Below, piece after piece: positions 52,151-63,927 of a stretch of DNA of 64,000 nucleotides. The stretch covers positions 102,300,001-102,364,000 of the forward strand of contig OZ024740.1 in NCBI GenBank assembly GCA_964016885.1, in the 5' to 3' direction. Under the pieces are notes generated by a model, which saw nothing but the letters and a program-made list of their open reading frames with translations, had not been told where the DNA came from and did no database searches. How positions within the stretch are numbered: the stretch's first letter is position 1; each line of letters begins with the position of its first letter. The translations under genes and the position numbers were made by a program. The stretch is from Eledone cirrhosa. Lineage: Eukaryota.

Positions 52151-55100
52151 TCAAATCAGAAACATTTTCATATTTCCCATTTGTAGATCTCTGGAACACT
52201 AGCTAGGGTGAAGTCCAACATTTTGAGATCTCATCTCACTATGATTAATGTTTTCTTTGATCTTCTTCTACCATGGATATTTCCACTGTCAGCATGTAGC
52301 ACTTCTACACCAACATAAGCCTATTTGCACTATGTGTCCATAACAGTACAGCTGTTTCTCCTGCATATATTAGTTAATGATTTTAATATCCAGCCACTTC
52401 CCTCCCACCCCCTTGCCCTTATTCACCTTTCGTGAACGTTAACATCACACATCCTACAGATCATTCTTTACTCATTTCTCACCTGTCTGTATATATTGTT
52501 CACATTCAATTCCCATGTCTCATCTCAGTCATGCTACTTCAGACTTCTTACACACATATGCTTCATACAGTCTCACCATTTTAGATGGAGAGAAAAAGAA
52601 GCCCTTTTTGCCAACATAGATAAGTAACCAAATCTTTTTCCATCTCTAACTCTAGTCACTATATGTTTAATTATATTAGCAGCCCTAAGGTTTTCCAAGT
52701 AATTATCTAGAAACTCCCTATTCCATTTTTAATTAATTTCAATCCTGAAGTGGTCTCCCCTGCCTTTCTGGGACATTATGATAATGATTTTTCTCATAAC
52801 TATGGTTGTAGTTTTAATTAATTAATATTTCTTTTGTCATTATATTAAGTATAGTAGTGTCTACTTTACTATTTGAAAGATATATCTAGCTAAGTCAATA
52901 GTATATTCGTCAGTTAGTAAAAATATTAACAGTTCATATCAAAGTTGTTTGATCTGTTAAAATAGTAGCCAAATTCTCCCCAAACCGAAATGCCTTTAAT
53001 CAATGCCTTCAATCAAAGGTTAGCTTAATCAAAGCTGACCAGAATCACCTAGGAACTTCACAAAGTATTTGATGTTAGGAAATGCATCCAACAGTAGAAA
53101 CCTTGCCAAAAATGTAAGCAGTCTCTTCAGCTATGTCAGAATAAAACACACTCAGTATACTCTGTAAAGTGATTGTTAGGAAAGGCATCTAACTGTAGAA
53201 ACTATTCCAAAAATGGAATGTATTTGAGCAAGATATTGTCTCTCAACCAGCTGAGAAAGACAGGATCACTGATAAAGTATTGACTTGTAGTATAACTTTC
53301 AATGGTGATTGTTGTTGTTAAACCTTCACTGAGCAGACCTTTGAGATAAAAGGTGCTCCAACCAAAACCATCTCATCTTGTTTACAATCTTTTTGTACCT
53401 ATCAGGAAAAGCAGACGTTAAAACAACAATGATAATGATGATAACACACAATATTCAATATATTCAATATGTTCTTTTATTGAAGGTAGTAGTAATATGA
53501 TTGAAGGAAATCTTGGCTACTGTATACAGTAGATTGAGAAACGTAAATATTCTTGTTTCACTGGTATTATATACAACGAGAATAACATCAACAATATCAT
53601 TAGCAATAACAAAAGTAACTTTAATCAGTAATTCAAAATCAGCAGAGATATTGAGTATTTAAGGGTTAAAAAAGAAAAAAAAACAGTAAAGAAACTTTTT
53701 ACTCAAGATATTTTAAAATCATTTTGTCTTTTATTATACATGAAATTTCTCAATTATGTTCACTGTATTTTTAGGGTTTAAAAGAGTTAATAATTTTATG
53801 CTAAACAGACTGCGAACAATCTACCAGTTAGGTTTGCTTGTACTTCACAAGATGGCAAAACAAAATGTTATATTGTAATATCAAAGGAACGTTTATTGAT
53901 TTATGATAGCAGCTATATTGTTTTGAAGAAATGTTATTGATAATCTAGGTGTTACAAAACTCTACGATAAAACTCAATTATATTGCTTGATATATGATAC
54001 CTAAACATTCAAAATCCAATATGTTAAAATTGAGTCTTATGTGATGCTATATGAAACTTTGCTTTTCTTCATATTTCATAACAAATATGATATTCTATAT
54101 AAACAATATGCAAAATAGAATATTGTGTGTTGCACTATAGATATTTATTGTAGAAACCTTGGTGTATGACCTTACGTATCATATATTTCACATCATGTAA
54201 CACTTGTGAAACACAATACTCTACACTATACATAAAGTGAAGGCTATTGTGATATTTAATATAAAATAAAATTTAATTCAGGAAATATTAAAGTACACAA
54301 TACTAAAATTTCATATAATTTATGAAGAGAAAATAGATTAACCATGTGATGTTGCAGAAAAAAAATTTAGCTAAATGTTTACCTATCTGATAAGCTGGTG
54401 TGATAAATAGTCAATTTTCAAACTTTGATGTTCACAAGTATTTATTAATGGCTGACTAACCTTAATAATTGACAATGTTACCCTAGAAATTGCTGAAACT
54501 ATTCCTGAAAACAAATTGAACTTTAGTATAACTGATAGACACAGAAAAGAGCAGCATGCCCTCCTGATAGGACTTAACCCATGCATCTATCAATTACATT
54601 ACAATCTTAACAGTTAACTCGTTATTTGATTTATGGAGGTTATTTCTTATTGCAAACATCAAATCAAAGCAAGATATATCATTATGTTGAATAATAGTAC
54701 AATAACCTATCCTGTATATACTAAATGACTAATGAATTCTCATATAGATATAAAACAGGAGAGTTAAAATAGTAGAAAGAATTTATAGTTTTTAATTTAA
54801 GAATGAATGGCAAGACCTCTATGGTATAATCAATAATGTTGTCACCCAGCACATAATAGATATGTGATTCAATTGGCTTCTCTGGATGTGTTGCATTTTG
54901 TGTACAAATAATAAATAATATTAATCAGGATAATGTCTGGTTGCTTTGTAGTCCAGAAAATGATTTCATTTGTGTCCTTTCCATAATATTATATTTCATT
55001 CTATAAAATAAAATAAATAAAATAATACTTCTCATATTTCATGATTAAAAAGCAAATAGTGTTGTTGATTATAAGTTTCCTACCAGCCAATCACTTGTTA

Positions 55101-55928
55101 ACAGTATTTCTGATGGTAATTGTGACAAGGGAGTGTCTAAGTAGGTTCTCACTTGGATGGTTTAACCCTTTTTTAACCAAATATCATCTTTCAATGATGA
55201 TTCATATGTATAAATCGCACCATTTGCTGGGATCACTTCCTATTTAGCTGTCATATGATTCTCTTTGCTGTTGTATCCCATGTTGTTATCATTGTTTAGA
55301 CCCTGATCAGCCATCATGAAACAGACCTACGTGTAACCTTATTCTCATCATAAACATGCAGCCATGATCATGCTTTCTTCCTTCAAATTATAGCTGGGAC
55401 TAAACTATTTAATGTTGTCTTTTCAAGACAATATGTTATGATCTCAAGGAGATTCGGTTTCTATTTTCAGCTAGTTGAGCAACCACATACAAACTCCCAC
55501 ATTGGCTCATCATCTCCTATATACTATATTTTTCAGTGTATTAAAAGCATTTTTTGGCCCACAATTCAATGTAAAAATCTGCCTGCATGTAACTATCATC
55601 TTCATCAACACCGTTTAACATCTATTTTCCATGCTTACATGGGTTTGATGAGTTGTCACATTGAGACTAACCAGGTCAGGTTAGGTGACCATGTCTTATT
55701 CATACAAACCTGTTTGGTGGGGAGTTCTACAGCTGGATGCCCTTCCTAACTCCAACCACTTTACAGAGTGGATTGGGTACTTTTTATTGTGGCACCAGAA
55801 TGAACACCAAACTGGGTGCTTTTTATAATTATATATATATATATATCCTTTATTATGGATAAGTGATGAGTCTTTTTACTCTGGAGTTTCACCTGTGTAC
55901 TCAAAGGATAATCAGACAAGACATATAT

Positions 55929-56267
55929 ATCATCATCATCATTTCATTTTACGTCTGCTTTTCCCTGCTTGCAAGGGTGGGACGGGAACTGATTCTGGCT
56001 TGATTTCTACAGCTGGATGCCCTTCCTAACACCAACCTCATTTACAGTGAGTGCTGGGTGCTTTTTTGCCATGGCACCTCCACGACCACTTTGCAGTGGA
56101 ATATGGACCCCAGTCCTATCATCTCATTTCTACAGCTGAGTAAACTGGAGCAATGTGAAATAAAGTCTCTTGCTCAAGGAAACAACACATCACCCTGTCT
56201 GAGAATTGAACTCACAACCTTTCGATTGCAAGCCCAATGCTCTAACCACTAAGCCATGTGCCTCCAT
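55929..56267 (-). mobile_element. full-length composite SINE: tRNA-like head + central domain + pseudoknot module + RTE family B tail
   Basis: Minus strand: tggcttagtggttagagc...gagttcaattc, then gtggtcgtggaggtgccatggcaaaaaagcacc, gttaggaagggcatccagc, cccacccttgcaagcagggaaaagcagacgtaaaa, (tga)n. Confidence 0.8.
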
Positions 56268-56327
56268 TATATATATATAATAATAATAAAATGTGGAGAG
56301 GAAGCACACGAGTTTGGATATATATAA

Positions 56328-57716
56328 ATATATAAGAAAACAGGGAGAAAGAGACGATTATTAGGAAGAAAAAAATATTTTTTTCATTTTTTGTTTCTCT
56401 CTCTCTCCTTTCGGGGTTAGAAAATGATTAAGTCGAAATGTTTTACTTTGTGTGAAGTGTTGAGGTATTAGTTGGTTTATTTATTATTTAACAATGGCAT
56501 TTATTTATCTATTTATATATTTAATTATTGTCTATTACCGGTTTCAGCATTTTTATGCATTATCAAATGATAGTGAAATGTATTAGTGTGGTGTCGCACA
56601 TGTTAAAGAGAAGGTGCAGAAAGAATAATGTTATTTACAAACAAGGTCTATGAAGTGAAAAGAAAAAAGAAAAAGGAAAAAAAACGTGCATAATGTAAAG
56701 CATAAAAAGTCAATGTGGAAGAAAAAATAATTTTATTTACAAGCAAAGTCATTGAAGTTAAGCAGATCAAAATGTGTTAATATAGCAAGAGTGCTTAGTT
56801 GAACCATGGTTCCGTGATGGAGGCAAATGGTGGACTGAGGTTTGATATGATTTCCCTTTTTAGAGAGTTAATATGTAGGGGGAAGCAATTCTTGCTGGAT
56901 GATATTTAATTTATTTAAGAAAAAAGATTAGGTAGGGTGTGAGGGAGGTAACTGTTTGGGAGGGTTTGATTGTTTGTTGCAGTTTTAGATTGGTCCGATT
57001 TTTAGAGCATTAAGTAGGGGTTGGAATTTATTTATGAAATATGTTTCCTTATTGGTACATTGGATGAAAGTAGCGTTGTCTATGAATTTGTAAATGGGGA
57101 AAATTTTAAAGTTTGGATGTTGGTTGTGAGCACAATTGGCGATATGTTCACTAAATGCAATCTTTCTGTATTCCTGTATTTTAATTTTTAATTTAATCAT
57201 ATCAAACCTCAGTCCACCATTTGCCTCCATCACGGAACCATGGTTCAACTAAGCACTCTTGCTATATTAACACATTTTGATCTGCTTAACTTCAATGACT
57301 TTGCTTGTAAATAAAATTATTTTTTCTTCCACATTGACTTTTTATGCTTTACATTATGCACGTTTTTTTTCCTTTTTCTTTTTTCTTTTCACTTCATAAA
57401 CCTTGTTTGTAAATAACATTATTCTTTCTGCACCTTCTCTTTAACATGTGCGACACCACACTAATACATTTCACTATCATTTGATAATGCATAAAAATGC
57501 TGAAACCGGTAATAGACAATAATTAAATATATAAATAGATAAATAAATGCCATTGTTAAATAATAAATAAACCAACTAATACCTTAACACTTCACACAAA
57601 GTAAAACATTTCGTCTTAATCATTTTCTAACCCAGAAAAAAGAGAGAAACAAAAAAGGAAAAAAAAAATATTTTTCTTCCTAATAATCGTCTCTTTCTCC
57701 CTGTTTTCTTATATAT
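56328..57716 (-). mobile_element. 5'-truncated Penelope-like element with inverted duplication of its 3' ~525 bp
   Basis: Arms 56328-56852 and 57195-57716 are near-perfect reverse complements. The spacer encodes on - a GIY-YIG-type C-terminus (FSEHIANC...KETYFINKFQPLLN). Confidence 0.8.
57473..57516 (+). ncRNA. candidate minimal hammerhead ribozyme (mirror copy 56531-56575 on -)
   Basis: TTGATAA-t-gcat-aaaa-atgc-t-GAAA-ccgg-TA: core with U3/A8, stem II, palindromic stem III, GUA triplet; stem I imperfect. Confidence 0.5.
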
Positions 57717-57726
57717 ATATATATAT

Positions 57727-58062
57727 GTGAAGCTTCCAGCCCACACTGTAAAGTGGTCATGACAGCGACATGGCAAATAAACACCCAGCCCACATTGTAT
57801 AGTGGTCGTGTAGGTGTCATGGCAAAAAGCACCCCGTCCACACTACAAAGTAGTTGTGCAGGCGTCATGACAAAAAGCATCCAGCACTCACTGTAAATGA
57901 GGCTGGCGCTAGAAAGGGCATCCAGCTTTAGAAACTAAACCAAAATCGGTTCTGTATAAGTAGGACATGGCCACCTAACCTGGCATTGCTCACAACAGGA
58001 TAACTCATCTAACCCATGTCAACGTGGTAAAATGGACGTTAAACAGAGATAATGGTGATGAT
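57727..58062 (+). mobile_element. RTE family A-type 3' UTR insertion with three tandem ~48-bp modules
   Basis: Three ccacactgtaaagtgg...aaaaagcacccag units, agggcatccagc, aacccatg...ggacgttaaac; flanked by (AT)n. Confidence 0.8.
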
Positions 58063-58850
58063 ATATATATATGTGATGTTGTTGATGATGATGATGATGA
58101 TGGTGGTGGTGATGATGGTGGTGGTGATGATGATGATTATGAGGATGATGATGATCATCATCACCACCACCACCACCAGAATTATCTAAATGGATAAGAT
58201 ATTAATTAGACAGACAGCTCATAAGTTGGGGGTAAAATTATGCAACTGGTCATTTTACTTTATCTGTGAGAAGGACCATAGGATAAGTTCAATGTTTTAC
58301 TAAATTTACCAAACTGCTAAGAATTGAATACCAGATTTTCTGGCATTATTCTTTATGAATAGCTAAGCATCCTATCTAGAAAGTACAGTTGTCTCTTATT
58401 CACTCGGCTCCAGAAAATCATTACATAGACTTCAGGATTTTATTAGAAAAAGAAATTGAATGGAAGATTAACCCTTTTAATACCAAACTGCTCTTGGTTC
58501 TGTGTTTTTTAAACTATTTATATTCATCTAAAATACCTTCTATCATAAATTTATGTAATGCTATGTTTAATTATGCCCCAGACACCAGTTTAATTATGAA
58601 ATGTTATATTATTAAATTCTTCCAAATTCTTGATTATTGTTTTAATTTTTTTTTAATCTTAGGTAGAGTCTTCTTCTTCCAATTATATTTAGAATCTGTC
58701 ATTAGAAATATGCCAATGAAAATGCTAATATTAGCCTGTTATTTACTGTATGATTTCATTCATATAAGAGAAAACAATTTTTATAAATTCTGTCTGTTAA
58801 TAGAATTATATTAAAATGTAACCCATATTGTAATGTTTCTTTATATCCAG

Positions 58851-58959
58851 ATCCTCCAGATATCACTATGAAAATAAATATTACAGGAAAAATTAGGCAA
58901 GGAATGAATGTACAGTTAGCATGTGATGGTTTTGCTAATCCACAACAGATTAAATGGAA
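58851..58959 (+). CDS. kirre: Kirre/NEPH-like exon, first half of Ig domain 3 (gene continues beyond the window)
   Basis: tatccag| and AA|gtaagt, phase 1-2; (Y)PPDITMKINITGKIRQGMNVQLACDGFANPQQIKW. The C-x3-ANP motif fits Kirre/Rst better than nephrin. Not in the ORF track. Confidence 0.85.
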
Positions 58960-59103
58960 GTAAGTATCTGAAAATTGTTTTCTTCATATATTTTTTATCT
59001 TTATATTTTCATCATGTTTCAGTACTCAGGCAAATGGGACAGTTAAATAGGATTTGTCTTTTTATCAATCCTACCATCAAATGCTTTTTATTATTACTGC
59101 TGG

Positions 59104-59495
59104 GCGGTGGATTGGCAGTATCGGTAGAGGATCGGACGCCATGTTTTGACGCATAGAGTTACGGCCCTTGCCATTCTGAGTTCAAATCCCGCCAAAGTTA
59201 ACTTTGCCTTTCACCCTTACGGGGTCGATAAAATAAAGTACCAGTAATACACTGGGCAATTGCTGGCCTTGTGCCAAAAGTAGAAACAATTATTATTTAT
59301 AATTCTTGTGGTGGATTGGCAGTATCGGTAGAGAGTTGGACGCCATGCTTTGATGCATAGAGTTACGGCCCTTGCCATTCTGAGTTCAAATCCCGCCGAG
59401 GTGAACTTTGCCTTTCATCTTTACGGGGTCGATAAAATAAAGTACCAGTAATGTACTGGGTAATTGCTGGCCTTGTGCCAATAGTAGAAATAATT
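59104..59495 (+). mobile_element. head-to-tail dimer of the (ATT)n-tailed SINE within one 14-bp TSD
   Basis: Units 59104-59288 and 59308-59492; TSD attattactgctgg at 59090-59103 and 59493-59506. Confidence 0.9.
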
Positions 59496-60025
59496 ATTAC
59501 TGCTGGATCCTCTTCCTGTTGTTAACTCTCTGACTAAGAAATAGAAACTAAACCTATTATGTCCAATGATGCAACTCAGAACAAGCATATTTATTTGTAT
59601 TAAATATAAAGTTAAATTCTTTTATGCACCCTGCATGGCTCATGAAAATAAATTTGCAAATCAAATTCATGTAAAAGAAAAACAATTATAAATTCTGTCT
59701 GTTAATAGAATTATCTGAAAATGTAACCCATATTTATATATAAAAAGAAAAGGAAATTTTAAAACCCATGGCAGCACTAGAGTAAAGGCTTTAATTTTTA
59801 ATGTGACATATTCATAGTGTTGTTTTATACTTTTCAAGAATGTTTTGCTAAAATGGTTTCATGCGATACAAGACATTAATAGTTAAATACAAAAAAAATG
59901 TAGGTATAAGTATAAATGATCTGTAGATATATAATTATAAGACAAATGACATATAATGAATAATAAATATGTAACCCGTATGGAAATATAGAGGTTAAAT
60001 GGTGATGATGATGATGATGATGATG

Positions 60026-60057
<32 letters not shown>

Positions 60058-61350
60058 TTTACGTCCGCTTTTCCCTGCTTGCAAGGGTTGGATGTGTCCT
60101 ATTCAGCATCTATCCACTTGTTACGGTTCTCGTCATGTTCTCGGTGAGTTTCAGCGATCTGAGGTCTGCTCGCACCACCTCCGCACATCTTTTTCGATGG
60201 TCTTCCTCTACTGCATCTCCCCTCCACTGGGACTTCCTGGCACTTCTTCACCCATCGTGATCACATGTCCATACCATCTCAGCCTTCTATCCTGCACACC
60301 ACAACTTATCCCTCTTATACCCAGTTTCTTTCTCAACTCGTCTATGCTTGGTCGTTCATGCACATTGATATTGCACATCCAATGGATCATACTTGCTTCA
60401 TTTCTCTCCAGCCGTCGCATATCTTCTGCAGTTGCTGCCCATGTCTCACTATCATGCAACATCGCACAACTCACACAGGCATCATATAACCGTCCTTTCG
60501 TACGCAGAGAGAAACCCTTCTATGTCAACAGAGGAAGCAGCTCCCTAAACTTCTTCCAACCAGTCCTTATTCTAGATACTATGGCCTCAGAACACCCCCC
60601 TCCCATGCTAATCTGATCACCTAGGTACCGGAAGTTATCAGTCACTTCTATAGAACCCACACGAGTCTATCACAGCGATTACTACTGCCAACTTTCCCCG
60701 TACATCTACTGCATACATAGTTTTCCCTACCTGTTAGTTTTCCTGCTATCCCACTACATCTCTTGTGTACCCAAGATCTGCATTGTGTACATTTTATAGA
60801 ATTTATGCCAGTTCCTTTCCTACATATTGAACATGCCCATTTTCCTGATGGAATCAGAGAATTGTCCTCTCTTATACTTATCAATGCCTTTGTTTTAGCT
60901 ATGTTCACTCTCAGGCCTCTTGATTCCAACTGCTGTTTCCATAGCCAGAATTTATTCTCTAGCTCCTCTACTGATTCTGCTATAAGAACCAGATCATCAT
61001 AGAGAAGTTACCATGGGCAGCCAGTCTTAAACCCCTCTGTTATGGTTTGGAGGACTATAATGAACAAGAGTGAGCTGAGGACTGAACCCTGATGTACACC
61101 TACTTGTATCTGGAATTCCTCACTAAACTCCATTCCTATTCTCACTTTACTGACAGCACCCCTGTTCATATCTTGCACTGTCCTCACAAGCCATTCCTCT
61201 ATACCTAGTTTCCTTAGGGACCACCAGATGACAGATTGGGGTACCCTATCAAAGGCCTTCTCTAGGTCAACAAAATCTAATTCTTCTCTAAGAACCTCTC
61301 TTGTAATTGCCTCACTATGAAGAGGGCATCTGTTGTACTTTTCCGAGGCA
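60026..61350 (-). mobile_element. RTE family B LINE, 5'-truncated with internal deletions
   Basis: Highly similar to 26590-27750; DLEKAFDRVP, GVHQGS, RRLRWYGHV; tail aagcagggaaaagcggacgtaaaa(tga)n. Confidence 0.9.
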
Positions 61351-62952
61351 GTAAATTTGTTTGTCTCTTGTGGCACTCACATGTTAATTTAAGTAGAATT
61401 TACCAAACACTCTTCTTATTATGTATCCATCTAGCTATATGTATGATGCTGATGATACTTTTATATTGTAGAGTTGACATTATTCTGTTACAGTGGTCCC
61501 CAACCTTTGTGCACCATGCCCCTCAAAAATTATTATGCCCCATTTTGATATGAAAATGCCCCTCTTTGATATGAAAACAGAAATGATTGACTACAAAGTG
61601 TAAACAAATTGGCATATAGGTCGTGCCAGATGCACAATATGTATGGAGGAGGTGCGACTAGAGTTTTTGACAGTAATGTGTACCAAAGTTGTCTTGATGT
61701 AAAAGTAATAAGGTAAAACCTGAAGATTATTATTAATATCATTTTCAAATTGCCTCCCTTAAATAATCAAATTGTCACCCTGTGGGGCATGTACTGCATG
61801 TTTGAAATTACTGTTCTATTATTACACAACTTCATATTTTCTGTTATTCAAATAACAGCAATAAATTAAAAACACTGATTATTAGCAAAGGGTGTATTGA
61901 ATTTTTGTGAATGAATATCGTGATATTATAACTAAACCCTTTTGTTGCCATATAATGAGAGAACAAACTGCCTGTAATTTACAAATCATTCTGAAAATAA
62001 TCAGGAAAATAGAGGGATTTAGTAATGTAACTAACTTTCTCTTTGATTATAAGATGCTTGGAACATAAAATTATGTCAAGGACATGACAACCTCCCAAAT
62101 GTTGGTGATAGACATACTGTAGTGTTTGGTGATAGGAAGGGCATCCAGCCATAGAAATCTTGCCAAACAAAGGGTTGGAAGGACCCTCAGTTGTGTCAAA
62201 ATCATGACAACTCCTGTGCACTCAGTGGACCATTGAACCATACATAAGAGAGACACATATCCCTGGCCTGCCTGAGAGATATGTAACTCTGCTTCAGTAC
62301 TGACTTGGTCTATGTAGATCCATCCAACTCTTAGTAGCAGGGAAAATGGACATTAAAACGACGACGATAATGATGATGATGTTAAGCACTTTGAAATAAA
62401 CAGTTTTGTATCACAGAACCAGGGGCAGTTTCAGGTAGTTTGTTTCGAGTGTATCAAAAGAATGACTGGGAACAATACTTAGAGACACCTGATGCATGAA
62501 AATCTAACAGTAAAGTGTAACTAGCATACTTGACATTTTAGTAATTAAAATTAAACTTCACTGATGAGAACAATCACTATCAAAATTACTAATTATAGCA
62601 ATATAAAAAAAAAGCTGGAGAAGTAACCCCCAAATTTTAATTATTAAAATTAATTAAATATGCCGTGCAATGGAGCTGTGTCTGATCTTTGGTTGTATGA
62701 AGACAATTCCGGACATTGACTGTTAATATCCACCACTTTACTATGACATTGTCATACACCAGGTGTCTTACTCAATCTCATTACATTCAATATTTAATTA
62801 ACTTTGATTGATTAATATTTCAGGACTCTCACTCCCATGCATTATTTTTTTTTATTATTTATCAGAATTAGTCATTTTGATATTGATTGTTTTCATCACT
62901 AAAGGTGTAACTTTAATTAAAATGTCATAGCTTACTACATCAAATATCCTTG

Positions 62953-63005
<53 letters not shown>

Positions 63006-63066
63006 GTAGAACACTGGAAGGTAATATCCATAGTGGTAAAGCACTCAGTCCATGGGACGAGTTAGG

Positions 63067-63927
63067 TAGAAGTGGTTGCACAACAGTTAGTTCACCATTC
63101 CGAGAACAATTGTTTCACCTTAGCGGATCTTCAGCTCATAATCGACATGGTTATACAGAACAGGAAGAACAACCGTACGAACGAGCATGCACAGAAACGG
63201 TCAATTCACTCAGGCAATACTAAATTGCGTGTGAGAGGTCTAAGAGAGATAACTGCGAAAGTCCGAAAGTTTCTAGTTGATAAGAAAATTAGGATGTTGT
63301 TGTAATTCAATCTGGAGCTTTGTAGTTATGTAAGAGGTGTTTCCAGATTTGTGAACAACATGTGAAGAATTCATTTCTTGAGTTTAGGCAATCGCTATTA
63401 CGTAATCTCTTTAGAATATTTATTCGTTGATCAATACATAGTCCACACGATGGATTGCCCCTTGCATATGGCTTGGACTTAGTGATGGCTTTCCCTTGAA
63501 TGGAGTAGTCTATACTTGAGTCCTTGAGCCATACGCAAGGGGCAATCCGTCATGTGGCCTATGTATTGATCAACGAATAAATATTCTAAAGAGATTACGC
63601 AATAGCCATTGCCTAAACTCAAGAAATGAATTCTTCACACGTCCACACGTCTGGAAACACCTCTTACATAACTACAAAACTCCAGATTGAATTACAACAT
63701 TCTAATTTTCTTATCAACTAGAAACTTTCGGACTTTCGTAGTTATCTCCCTTCCACCTCTCGCACGCAATTTAGTATTGCCTGAGTGAAGTGACTGTTTC
63801 TGCGCATGCGCATTCATATGGTTTTCCTTCTTGTTCCGTATAATCATGTCCATTACGAGCTGAGGATCCGCTAAGGAGAAACAATTGATCTCGGTATGGT
63901 GAACTAACTGTTGTGTAACCACTTCTA
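63067..63927. mobile_element. foldback/MITE-like palindromic element (two ~415-bp inverted arms, ~35-bp spacer)
   Basis: Ends tagaagtggtt...aaccacttcta; arms align along their whole length with scattered mismatches; lies in an (AT)n context. Confidence 0.75.

Noticed and set aside
57737-57880. CRISPR-like array or pistol ribozyme for the ~48-bp units
   Set aside because: No unique spacers, no cas genes, eukaryotic context; the unit has a pistol-like P1 and A-rich strand but lacks P2 and the cleavage-site junction.
63072-63922. Pair of similar 76-77 aa ORFs on opposite strands
   Set aside because: Consequence of the inverted repeat; GTG starts and mostly amino-acid-changing differences argue against coding selection.
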